In this document: positions 37,701-49,700 of the stretch, one piece after another
How the letters are laid out: each line of letters opens with the position of its first letter
How positions within the stretch are numbered: the first letter of the stretch is position 1
Assembly (NCBI GenBank): GCA_024280835.1
Contig: JAJRPJ010000018.1
Span: 69,537-133,536, forward strand
From: Candidatus Zixiibacteriota bacterium
Lineage (GTDB): Bacteria > Zixibacteria > MSB-5A5 > GN15 > JACZUZ01
Direction of reading: 5' to 3'
DNA length: 64,000 nucleotides
Notes under the pieces: generated by a model
Seen by the model: the letters and a program-made list of their open reading frames with translations, nothing else
The model's database searches: none
What the model was told of the DNA's origin: nothing
Position numbers and translations under genes: made by a program

Positions 37701-40700
37701 CCAGCTTGAACGAAACTTGGAGACCAATCAAATGTTCCAGAGCCAGTTCCGTTGTCAACAAAAGTTGCTCCAGTTGGTAGAGTCGATGTTGTCAGTGTTG
37801 GAATTGTCGCATCAGGGTCAACGGCGGTTATCGCAAAATTCAAGTTCGCGCCCTCATTGACACTCTGGGCGCCAATAGCGCTCAAGACTGGAATCTGATT
37901 TCCCGCTTCATTGACAGTGATAGAAACTGTTTCACTGTCGATCGCCACACCATCAGAAGCTGTGAAGATTACAAAATAGACTCCGTTCTGAGTGAAGTTT
38001 GGTATCCAAGCAAAGTTAGCGGTTCCGTTGCCATTGTCGGTTAGAATTGCACCGAGCGGCAAACCAGTGGCTCCAAAGAACGGTATTGTACCGTCAGCGT
38101 CTAACGCTGAGAGGCCAAAGGCTAAACTTATGTTTTCAGTTGTTGTGCGTGGACCGATTGTCGCCAGCACAGGAATCTGGTTGCCAGATTCGCTAATTGA
38201 GACAGTCACGATTTCACTATCAAGCGCCACGCCATCACTTGCAAAGAAGGTGATTGAATAAACGCCCGACTGAGTGAAATTCGGAGTCCAATTGAAAGTA
38301 CCAGTTCCATCTGCATTGTCGACAAAAGCCGCGCCAATCGGCAATGTGCCAACACTAAGCGCTGGGATTGTCGCATCTGGATCTGTTGCTGAGACTCCAA
38401 ATGTTAGATTCAGTCCCTCTGTCGATGACTGTGAGCCAATCGCCGCCAAAACAGGAGCCTGATTACCAGATTCAGCAACAGTGATTTGAACTACTTCGGA
38501 ATCAACTAAGACACCATCAGATGCGAAGAATGTCACTGAGTAGATACCCGCTTGTGTGAAGTCAGGTGTCCAAGCAAATGACGCTGTGCCATTATTATTG
38601 TCAGTGTATACAGCGCCAATTGGCAAGGCCGAGCTGGTTAGCGCTGGGAATGTGCCATCTGGGTCACTGGAGTTGACTGTGAAACTCAAGAGAGCGTTTT
38701 CTGCAATCGCCTGTGCGCCAATCGCCGCCAAGACTGGTGATTGATTACCTGATTCCAAGACAGTGATGTTGACAATCTCTACATCATCCAGTATGCCATC
38801 GGAGGCAACGAAGGTCACACTATAGACACCAGCTTGAGTAAAATCAGGAGTCCAACTAAACGTTCCTGTGCCGTCACCATTGTCAATGAATGTAGCTCCT
38901 GATGGTAATGAATTGGCTGTCAAAGCCGGAATCGTTGCATCAGGATCACTAGTAGAAATTATGAAACTAAGCAAATTGTTTTCAGTTATTGAACGTGGTC
39001 CAATACTTGCCAGAACTGGAGCCTGATTGCCAGCGTCACCAACTGAGATTGAAACGATTTCACTATCATTAACAATTCCGTCTGAGGCGCGGAAGACAAT
39101 ACTATATAGTCCCGCCTGTGTGAAATCTGGCGCCCAACTGAACGAACCTGTTCCGTCAAGATTATCTGTAAAGGTCGCCCCTAGAGGTAGCGCCGAAGTT
39201 GTCAATGCTGGAATTGTGCCATCGGCATCTGTGGCGCTAGCGCCAAAGCTTAGCAAAATACCTTCGGTAGTTGTCTGAGCGCCAATTGCCGCCAAGACTG
39301 GCGCTTGATTACCAGCGCTATTAACTGTGATTGTCACTTGTTCGCTGTCTATCACTAGACCATCAGATGCAAAGAAAGTTACGACATAGATTCCAGCTTG
39401 CGTAAAGTCTGGTGTCCAATCAAAAGCGCCTGTGCCGTTGGTGTTATCTGTGAATGTCGCACCACTCGGCAAAGCCGAGGTTGTCAGCGCTGGAATTGAA
39501 CCATCAGGATCCGAGGCAGAAACCGCAACTGCCAGCGCCACACCCTCATTGGTTGTCCGTGGGCCAATTGCCGCCAGAGTCGGCGCTTGGTTACCAGCTT
39601 CAAGAACTGTGATTGTGACCACTTCGCTATCGATTGCTACACCGTCAGAGGCCCGGAAGGTCACACTAAATCCACCTGCTTGAGTAAAGTCAGGAGTCCA
39701 GTTGAATGCACCTGTGCCATCGCCATTGTCCACAAAGGTGGCTCCAAGCGGTAAAGTTGTCGTATTCAATGATGGAATAGTTCCGTCGGCATCAGCGGCA
39801 TTGATAGAGAATGCCAACGTAGCGCCTTCTGTGACGTTTTGTGAGCCGATTAGCGTCAACACTGGCGCTTGATTGCCAGCGTCGTTAATTGTGATAGTCA
39901 CAACTTCACTGTCAATAGCCACGCCATCAGAAGCGGTGAAGACTACTATATAGCTACCCGCTTGTGTAAAGTCTGGCGTCCAATCGAAGGTGGCTGTACC
40001 GTTTAGATTATCTGTCAAACTTGCGCCAGTAGGTAACCCAACTGCAGCTAGCGCAGGAATTGTCGCATCGGCATCTGTTGCGCTAAGCGCAAAGTTAAGA
40101 TTGACACCCTCATTACTATTTTGTGGGCCAATGAGAGCCAAAATAGGAACTTGATTCCCTGCAGAGTTGATAGTGATAGAAACTACTTCACTATCGACAA
40201 CTACGCCGTCATTGGCGGCAAAAGTAACCAGATAGATTCCAGCTTGCGTAAAGTCTGGAGTCCAGCTAAATGTACCTGTTCCGTCAAGATTATCTGTGAA
40301 TGTGGCTCCGCTCGGTAGTGGTAAGCCACTAAGTGTCGGAATTGTGCCATCGAGATCGGAGCTAGAAATTCCAAAGCTCAACGTGACGCCCTCATTGGCG
40401 CTTTGCGAACCTATCGCTGCCAGAACTGGCGGCTGGTTACCTGCCTCATTGACAGTCACAGAAACTACTTCACTGTCAATCGCGACTCCATCCGAGGCAA
40501 ACACTGTCATTGAATAACTGCCACTTTGCGTGAATGTCGGCGTCCAATTCAATGAAGCTGTGCCATTAAGATTGTCTGTGAAACTCGCTCCTGCCGGAAC
40601 CCCAGTGGCAGTCAACGCAGGGATTGTTCCATCAGGGTCAGTGGCGCTCGCTCCGAAAGTCAGATTAGCGCCTTCAACTATGCTTTGCGGTCCGATAAGA

Positions 40701-43700
40701 GCCAAAACTGGATTCTGATTGCCAGCGTCGAAGACAGTGACAGTGACGATTTCGCTATCAACTGCCAAAGAATCATCGGTAGCAAAGAACGTGATATTGA
40801 ATGTTCCCGCTTGAGTGAAATCAGGAGTCCAAGACAGCGATCCTGTTCCGTCAAGATTATCTGTAAAAGTCGCCCCAAGTGGTAGGCCGATAGTTGTCAG
40901 AGTTGGCGCGATTCCGTCGGTGTCACTGGCTGAAACTGCGATTGCTAAGGCTAATCCTTCGGTAATACTTTGCGCGCCGATGCCTGCAAGAATCGGCAGT
41001 TGGTTACCCGCTTCAGTGACTGTAATAGTTACTATTTCACTGTCGATCAATGCTCCATCAGAAGCAAAGAAAGTGACCGCAAAAGAACCACTCTGAACGA
41101 ATGTCGGCGACCAACTGAAACTTCCTGTTCCGTCAAGATTGTCTGTAAAACTTGCTCCAAGCGGCAATAGTGAAGTCGAAAGAGCTGGTATTGTCAGGTC
41201 GACATCAGACGCCGAAACTGCAAAGCCAAGCGCTACGCCTTCGGTGACACTTTGCGCGCCAATCGTCGCAAGAATTGGGGCTTGGTTACCGAGTTCGTTG
41301 ACAGTGATGAGAACTATTTCGCTATCAAGTGTGACACCATCAGAAGCAAAAACTGTGACTGAGTAACTTCCACTCTGCGTAAAGTCTGGCGTCCAATTGA
41401 AGGCGCCCGTTCCGTCACCATTGTCTGTAAACGTTGCTCCAGTCGGAATCGGAGCTATACTCAATGCTGGGATTGTGCTATCTGGATCCAAGGCCGAAAC
41501 TGCGAAAGACAACAAGATTCCCTCATTGGTTCCCTGTGGGCCAACTGCGGCCAGAACAGGAATCTGATTGCCTGCGTCAATGACTGTAATTGAAACAATC
41601 TCACTATCAGTCACTAGACCGTCAGTCGCTCTAATAGTGACTGAATAGACTCCCGCCTGCGTAAAGAGCGGAGTCCAAGTCAAACTAGCTGTGCCGTCAA
41701 GATTATCTACGAACGCAGCGCCAAGCGGCAAACCAACTGCGCTCAAACCAGGGATTGTCGCGTCGGCGTCGATGGCAGTGATACTAACAGATAGTAAGGC
41801 GCCTTCTGTGATTGACTGAGCGCCAATGGCGGCCAGAACTGGAGGCTGGTTACCGGCTTCATTGACAACAACCGAAACAATTTCGCTGTCAGATATTAGG
41901 CCGTCACCAGCGAAGAAAGTAATCGAATATGCTCCGCTCTGGGTGAAGTCTGGAGTCCAGTCGAATGTTGCTGTTCCGTCGCCATTATCAATTAGAGTTG
42001 CGCCAAGTGGCAAAGCCGAAGATGTGAAGCTCGGAGTTGTGCCATCTGGGTCTGAAGCGGAAAGACCAAAGTTCAGCAGAGCGCCTTCATTGGTTGACCG
42101 AGCGCCAATCGCGGCTAGGACAGGTGTTTGATTACCTGATTCGAGTACGGTAATCGCAACAATCTGACTATCTTTGAGAATACCATCAGAAGCAAAGAAA
42201 GTTACAGTATAACTGCCACTTTGTGTGAAATCAGGCGACCAAGACAAAGTTCCTGTTCCATTACCATTGTCAACAAAACTTGCTCCACCTGGTAGTACGG
42301 TCGAAGTCAAAACTGGTGTTGTGCCATCAGGGTCAGATGCATTGATTCCGAAAGCCAGCGAAGCTCCTTCAGTGACTGATTGTGCGCCAATAGCCACCAT
42401 AATCGGAGATTGGTTGCCGGCTTCATTAATACTGATAGTGACAACTTCACTATCAACCAAAGCGCCATCAGAAGCGAAGAAAGTTATTGCATACGTTCCG
42501 CTTTGTGTGAAGTCCGGTGTCCAGTCGAATACACCTGTGCCATTTGCATTATCTATATAGGATGCTCCGATCGGTAAACCAGAGGCAGTTAGTGTCGGTG
42601 TTGTTGCATCTGGATCTGAAGCCGCAGTTGCGAAATTGAGATTGACACCTTCAAGAGTTGCCTTTGAGCCGATTGAAACCAGAATCGGCGCTTGGTTGCC
42701 AGACTCGTTGACACTGACAGTAACAATTTCACTGTCGGAACTAAGTCCGTCAGTAGCTATAAAGGTTACAAAGTAAGTACCACTTTGAACAAATGTCGGC
42801 GACCAATCAAAGACACCTGTTCCGTCGAGATTGTCGATGAATGTTGCGCCAGTCGGCAAAGAAGTGACACTCAATGTCGGAATCGTTACATCTGGATCTG
42901 ACGCGGATATTCCAAAGTTAAGATTGGCGCCTTCAAGAACACCTCGCGCGCCGATTGTCGCTAGAACTGGCGGTTGGTTGCCGGCTTCAAGAACCGTGAT
43001 GACAACTGTTTCACTATCGGTGATGACACCATCAGAGGCGCGGAAAACAATATTGTAAGTACCACCTTGAGCAAAATCTGGATTCCAGCTAAATGAACCA
43101 GTTCCATTGCCATTATCGGCAAAGATTGCGCCACTCGGCAACGCTGATGTTGTCAGCACTGGAGTTGTTCCGTCTGGATCAGTTGCGCCAACTCCGAAAG
43201 CCAAACTAAGTCCTTCGGTCGTTGACTGAGCGCCAATCGCCGACAGAACAGGCGCTTGGTTACCAACTTCAATTACTGTAATCGAAACAATTTCGCTATC
43301 CAAGAGAATTCCATCGGAGGCCTTAAAGGTAACCGAGTAGACACCCGCTTGAGTGAAGCCCGGAGTCCAAGACAAGGTTCCAGTTCCATCAAAATTGTCT
43401 GCGAAGGTTGCCCCTATTGGTAATGAGGTGACGCTCAAGCCCGGAATGGTCGCATCAGGATCTGAGGCAGTCACTACCAACGAAAGCAGAACCCCTTCTG
43501 TCGTAAATTGCGAACCAATGGTCGCCAACAATGGCGACTGATTGCCAACTTCATTGACTGTGATAGTGACAATTTCGCTATCGGAGAGGAGTCCGTCATT
43601 AGCGAAGAAAGTTATGTTGTAGATTCCGTTTTGCGTGAAGCTCGGTGTCCAATCAAAGGCTGCCGTGCCATCGCCGTTGTCTATATATATAGCGCCTGTC

Positions 43701-46700
43701 GGAAGAGGCCCTGTTGTTAGAGTTGGAGTGGTGGCGTCAGGGTCTGTAGCGCTAGTGACAAAAGATAGCGCAATTCCTTCATTAACATTTTGCGAACCGA
43801 TAACCGCCAAAACCGGTGACTGGTTACCAGACTCTGTCACAGTGATGATAATAATTTCACTATCAACTATGGCTCCATCACTTGCACGGAAAGTCACATT
43901 GTAACTTCCACCTTGAACAAAAGTCGGGGTCCAATCGAACGATCCTGTACCGTTGCCATTATCAACAAAGGTAGCGCCAGCCGGCAAACCAACAATACTC
44001 AAAGCTGGATTGATGTTATCAGGATCTGTCGCCGAAATCGCGACACTCAACAGGACGCCCTCAGAAACACTTTGTGAACCAATAGTCGCCAACACTGGTG
44101 GTTGATTACCCGCCTCGTTAATTGTAATCGAGACTATTTCACTGTCATTCAATAATCCATCAGAGGAGAAGAAAGTCACACTGTAAGTGCCACTCTGAGT
44201 AAAACTAGGAGTCCAATTAAATGCAGCAGTGCCGTCTCCGGTGTCTGTATAGACAGCGCCGATCGGTAGTGGAGTTGTGGTCATAGCAGGGAAGGTTCCA
44301 TCAGCGTCACTTGAGGTGACAACAAAGCTCATCGTCGCGCCTTCAAGAGCGCTCTTGGCGCCGATTGCCAATTGCACTGGCCGCTGATTACCTGCTTCAA
44401 GTACAGTAATCGAAACAGTCTCGCTATCCGAAACTGTTCCATCGGAGGCCACAAAAATAATCAAGAATGTACCAGACTGTGTGAAGTCTGGTGTCCAATC
44501 AAATACACCTGTTCCATCACTGTTGTCTGTATAACTGGCTCCAGTTGGTAAAGACAATGCGCTCAACAGCGGAATTGTTCCGTCAGGATCAGTCGCTGAG
44601 CTGGAGAAGTTTAGATTTACACCTTCGGTGGTTGACCGTGAACCAATCGTCGCCAATAGTGGAATTTGATTTCCAGCCTCTGTGACTGTTATCAATACAA
44701 CCTCACTATCATTCAAAACTCCATCGGAAGCAAAGAATGTCACACTATAAACGCCAGCTTGAACAAAACTTGGTGTCCAAGAGAACGACGCGGTTCCGTC
44801 AAGATTGTCTACAAATGTAGCGCCAGCTGGAAGCGAAGTAGCGCTAAGATTCGGCGTGGTCAAGTCTGGATCATTACCAGTGACGGTGAAGGCCAACACA
44901 ACATTTTCTGTTACGCTCTGCGCTCCGATTGCCGCCAAAACTGGAGCCTGGTTGCCAGCGCTATTTATTGTAATCGCCACAATTTCGCTATCATTGGCGA
45001 ATCCATCAGAGGCAAAGAAGGTGACATTGTATGTGCCACTCTGTGCGAAAGTTGGTGTCCAGTTAAATGTTCCAGTTCCATTGGCGTTGTCTGTGAAAGT
45101 TGCGCCAGCCGGCAATGAAGAAGCAGTTAACGCCGGGAAACCACCATCAGGGTCACTGGCTGAAGTTGCAAATGTTAGCAGAGCGCCCTCAGATCCGCTT
45201 TGCGGCCCGATAGCAGCTAGTACTGGAGCTTGATTTCCAGATTCAGTAACAGTGATGGTAACAACCTCAGAGTCAACTGCCAGAGAATCATCAGTTGAGA
45301 AGAAGGTGACACTGTATATGCCCGTTTGAACAAAGCTTGGCGTCCAGTCAAAGACTCCTGTGCCATTGCCATTGTCGACAAAAGTTGCGCCAGACGGCAA
45401 AGCAGTTGTAGTCAAAGCCGGCAAGCCGCCCTCGGGATCAGTTGCTGTGACAGGCACATTTAGATTTATTCCTTCGGCAACAGTCTGCGCGCCAATACTC
45501 GCTAGAATTGGCAACTGATTACCGGCTTCGATGACTGTGATTGCGACAACTTCACTGTCTGTAGCAATGCCGTCAGTTGCGCTAAAAGTCAGATTGACAA
45601 CACCACTTTGGGTCAAATCTGGGGTCCATGAGAATGTTCCAGTTCCGTCAAGATTGTCGACAAACGAAGCGCCAGTCGGTAAAGGCAAAGCGCTGAATGT
45701 CGGAATTGTCGCATCTAGGTCTGAAGCGGCAATACTGAAACTCAAGAGAGTTCCTTCAAGAATTGATTGTGCCCCAATCGCGGCCAAAACAGGCGTTTGA
45801 TTTCCCGCATCAGTGACTGTAATAGTGACGACCTCGGAATCAACAGCCAGCGAGTCATCAGTAGCAAAGAACGTGACAGTATAATTGCCACTCTGCGTAA
45901 AGTCTGGTATCCAACTAAATGTTCCTGTACCATTGGCATTATCGAGATACGATGCGCCAGCAGGAATTCCTGTAGCGCTCATAGTGGGTGAGGCGCCTTC
46001 AATATCTGTCGCGGAAGTTCCGAACGTCAGATTAATATTTTCTGTGACAATCTGCGCTCCAATACTTGCCAGGACAGGAAGCTGATTCCCCGCATCTACG
46101 ATTGTGACTGTTACAATTTCACTATCAGTTGCAAACCCATCAGCGGCAAAGAATGTAATATTAAACACACCGCTTTGAACGAAACCAGGTGTCCAGTCCA
46201 ATGTACCAGTTCCATCGAGGTTGTCTGTGAAGGCCGCTCCAGAAGGCAATGTCGAAACACTTAGCGCTGGAGTTGTCTGGTCGAGATCACTGGCTGACAC
46301 ATTCACCAACAATTGCAACCCTTCGGCGCCGGCTTGTGCCCCAATCACCGCCAAGACCGGTAATTGATTCCCAGCGTCATTAACAGTAATAGTGACTATT
46401 TCGCTATCTGATAGCGCACCATCATTGGCGAAGAAGGTCACATTGTATGCTCCCGCTTGAACAAAACTCGGAGTCCAGCTGAGTGTCCCTGTTCCATCAG
46501 TGTTATCAGTAAAGCTCGCTCCAAGCGGCAAACCAGTGACGCTAAGCGCTGGTATTGTTAGGTCAGGATCAGCGGCATTGATGCTCACAGACAGTAGAGC
46601 GCCCTCTATTACAGATTGGGCTCCAATTGCTGATAGAATCGGCGCCTGATTTCCGGCTTCATTAACTGTAATAGAAACAGTCTCACTATCGGCGGTCAAA

Positions 46701-49700
46701 GAATCATCTGTGGCGATGAATATCACCAAGTAACTTCCACTTTGTGTGAATGTCGGTGTCCAATCGAATGTGGCAGTGCCGTTGCCATTGTCGATAAAAG
46801 CAGCTCCCGTCGGCGCGTTTGAAACGCTGAGCGCTGGAACGGGACCGTCTAAATTCGTAGCCGTTAGCGGCAAATTCAAATTGATACCCTCAGTAACACT
46901 TTGCGGTCCAATAATCGCCAAAACTGGTAGCTGATTTCCCGCATCGACAACTGTGATTGAAACTATTTCGCTGTCGTTCAATAAACCATCGGAAGTAAAG
47001 AAGGTCACATTGTATACACCAGACTGAATGAAGTTCGGTGTCCAATTCAGTGAACCAGTACCGTTAAGATTGTCTGTATAAGTAGCGCCAGTTGGCAATC
47101 CAGTGGCGCTAAGCGTCGGAATCGTCGCATCAGGGTCTATTGCAGAAGTTGCGAATGACAGCGCTGCACCTTCAGTCACACTCTGTGAACCAATTGCAGT
47201 CAAGACAGGGGCTTGATTACCTGCTTCGGTAATTGTGATGGTGACGACTTCGCTATCGATGACTGTGCCGTCGCTTGCAGAGAAAGTAACTATATAGGCG
47301 CCTGCTTGTACGAATGTCGGTGACCAATCAAATGTTCCACTACCATCGGCATTGTCGATAAAGGTTGCTCCCGCAGGTAAAGGGGAGGCACTGACACTTG
47401 GAATTGTACCGTCTGGGTCGGTAGAGTTTATATTGAAATTCAGATTCAAACCCTCGGCCACTCCTTGTGCGCCAATAGCGCTCAAAACTGGCGACTGATT
47501 GCCAGCTTCAAGAACAGTGATTTCGACGATTTCTGAATCGGCCAGCACACCATCGGTGGATATGAACGTCACATTGAAAATTCCCGCCTGATTGAAAGCT
47601 GGCGTCCATGAGAATGATCCCGTGCCGTTCGTGTTATCTGTATAGCTGGCGCCAACTGGAAGGTTTGTTGCATTCAGTGTTGGGATTGTTCCATCTGGGT
47701 CGCTGGCTGATGTCGCAAAAGCCAAGACCGCTCCTTCAGATACAGACTTGATACCAATTGCAGCCTGAACTGGCGCCTGATTCCCTGATTCAAAAACATT
47801 GATACTTACGATTTCAGAATCCGTAGCCAGACCATCACCAGCAAAGAAAGTCACACTATAAGAGCCAGCTTGAGTAAAATCTGGTGTCCAACTGAATGAA
47901 CCAGTCCCATCAGCATTATCAATATATGTAGCGCCGCTTGGTAGCGCAGAGGTCGTCATAACTGCGATCGTAGAATCCGAATCGGTGGCCGCTGTCGCAA
48001 AGGAGAGGTTCACACCTTCTGTAACTGACTGACCGCCAATAAGCGACAGCGCTGGAGTATGATTGCCAAACTCAGTAACTGTAATAGAGACAATCTCTGA
48101 ATCTAATCCACCGGAACCATCTGCTGCAAAGAACGTGACTGAAAAAGCGCCAGACTGGTTGAATAGTGGCGTCCATGAGAAACTACCCGTTCCATCACCA
48201 TTATCAGTGAAACTTGCTACGCTCGGCAATGCGTTAGTTGTCAACACTGGTATTGGTCCATCTGCATCTGCCGCAGAAACGATAAATGCCAGATTGCTTC
48301 CCTCGACAATCGCTTGCGGGCCAATGGCCGTCAGAATTGGCGCTTGATTAACATTGGTAACGGTTATAGCAACTATCTCAGAATCAGTAGCGGCGCCATC
48401 AGTTGCAAAGAAAGTCACATTATAAAGGCCAGCTTGAGTAAAGTCTGGTGTCCAACTGAATGATCCTGTGCCATTCAAATTATCCGTGTAACTAGAACCA
48501 AGTGGCAATCCTGTTGCGCTCAATGTCGGTGTGGTGCCATCGGCATCACTTGCAGTTGTTCCAAATGATAGAAGCACATTCTCATTGACGGCTTGTGCGC
48601 CGATAGCCGCTTGTACTGGAGCTTGATTAACATTGGTAACGGTTATAGCAACTATCTCAGAATCAGTAGCGGCGCCATCAGTTGCAAAGAACGTCACATT
48701 ATAAAGTCCAGCTTGAGTGAAGTCTGGCGTCCAGCTGAATGAACCCGTGCCATTCAGATTATCTGTGTAACTAGAACCAAGTGGCAATCCTGTTGCGCTT
48801 AGTGTCGGTGTGGTGCCATCGGCATCACTAGCGGTTGTTCCAAAGGATAGAAGTACATTCTCATTAACTGCTTGTGCGCCAATCAAAGCCAATACCGGAG
48901 CTTGATTAACATTCGTAACTGTAATAGCAACAATCTCAGAATCGGTAGCGGCGCCATCACTAGCGAAGAAGGTCACATTGAAGATTCCAGCTTGAGTAAA
49001 GTCTGGCGTCCAGCTGAATGAACCAGTGCCATTCAGATTATCTGTATAACTAGAACCAAGTGGTAATCCTGTTGCGCTCAATGTCGGTGTGGTGCCATCG
49101 GCATCACTGGCGGTTGTTCCGAATGCTAGAAGTACATTCTCATTGACTGCCTGTGGGCCGATAGCCGCTTGTACTGGAGCTTGATTCACATTGGTAACTG
49201 TAATAGCTACCACTTCAGAATCAGTAGCGGCGCCATCAGTTGCAAAGAAAGTCACATTGAACACACCAGCTTGAGTAAAGTCTGGTGTCCAACTGAATGA
49301 TCCTGTGCCATTCAAATTATCCGTGTAACTAGAACCAAGTGGTAATCCTGTTGCGCTCAATGTCGGTGTGGTGCCATCGGCATCACTGGCTGTTGTGCCA
49401 AAGGATAATAGTACGTTTTCATTGACTGCCTGTGGGCCGATAGCCGCTTGTACTGGAGCTTGATTCACATTGGTAACTGTAATAGCTACCACTTCAGAAT
49501 CAGTAGCGGCGCCATCAGTTGCAAAGAAAGTCACATTGAAGATTCCAGCTTGAGTGAAGTCTGGTGTCCAGCTGAATGATCCTGTGCCATTCAGATTATC
49601 TGTATAACTAGAACCAAGTGGCAATCCTGTTGCGCTTAGAGTCGGTGTTGTGCCATCGGCATCACTAGCTGTTGTGACAAAGGATAATAGTACGTTTTCA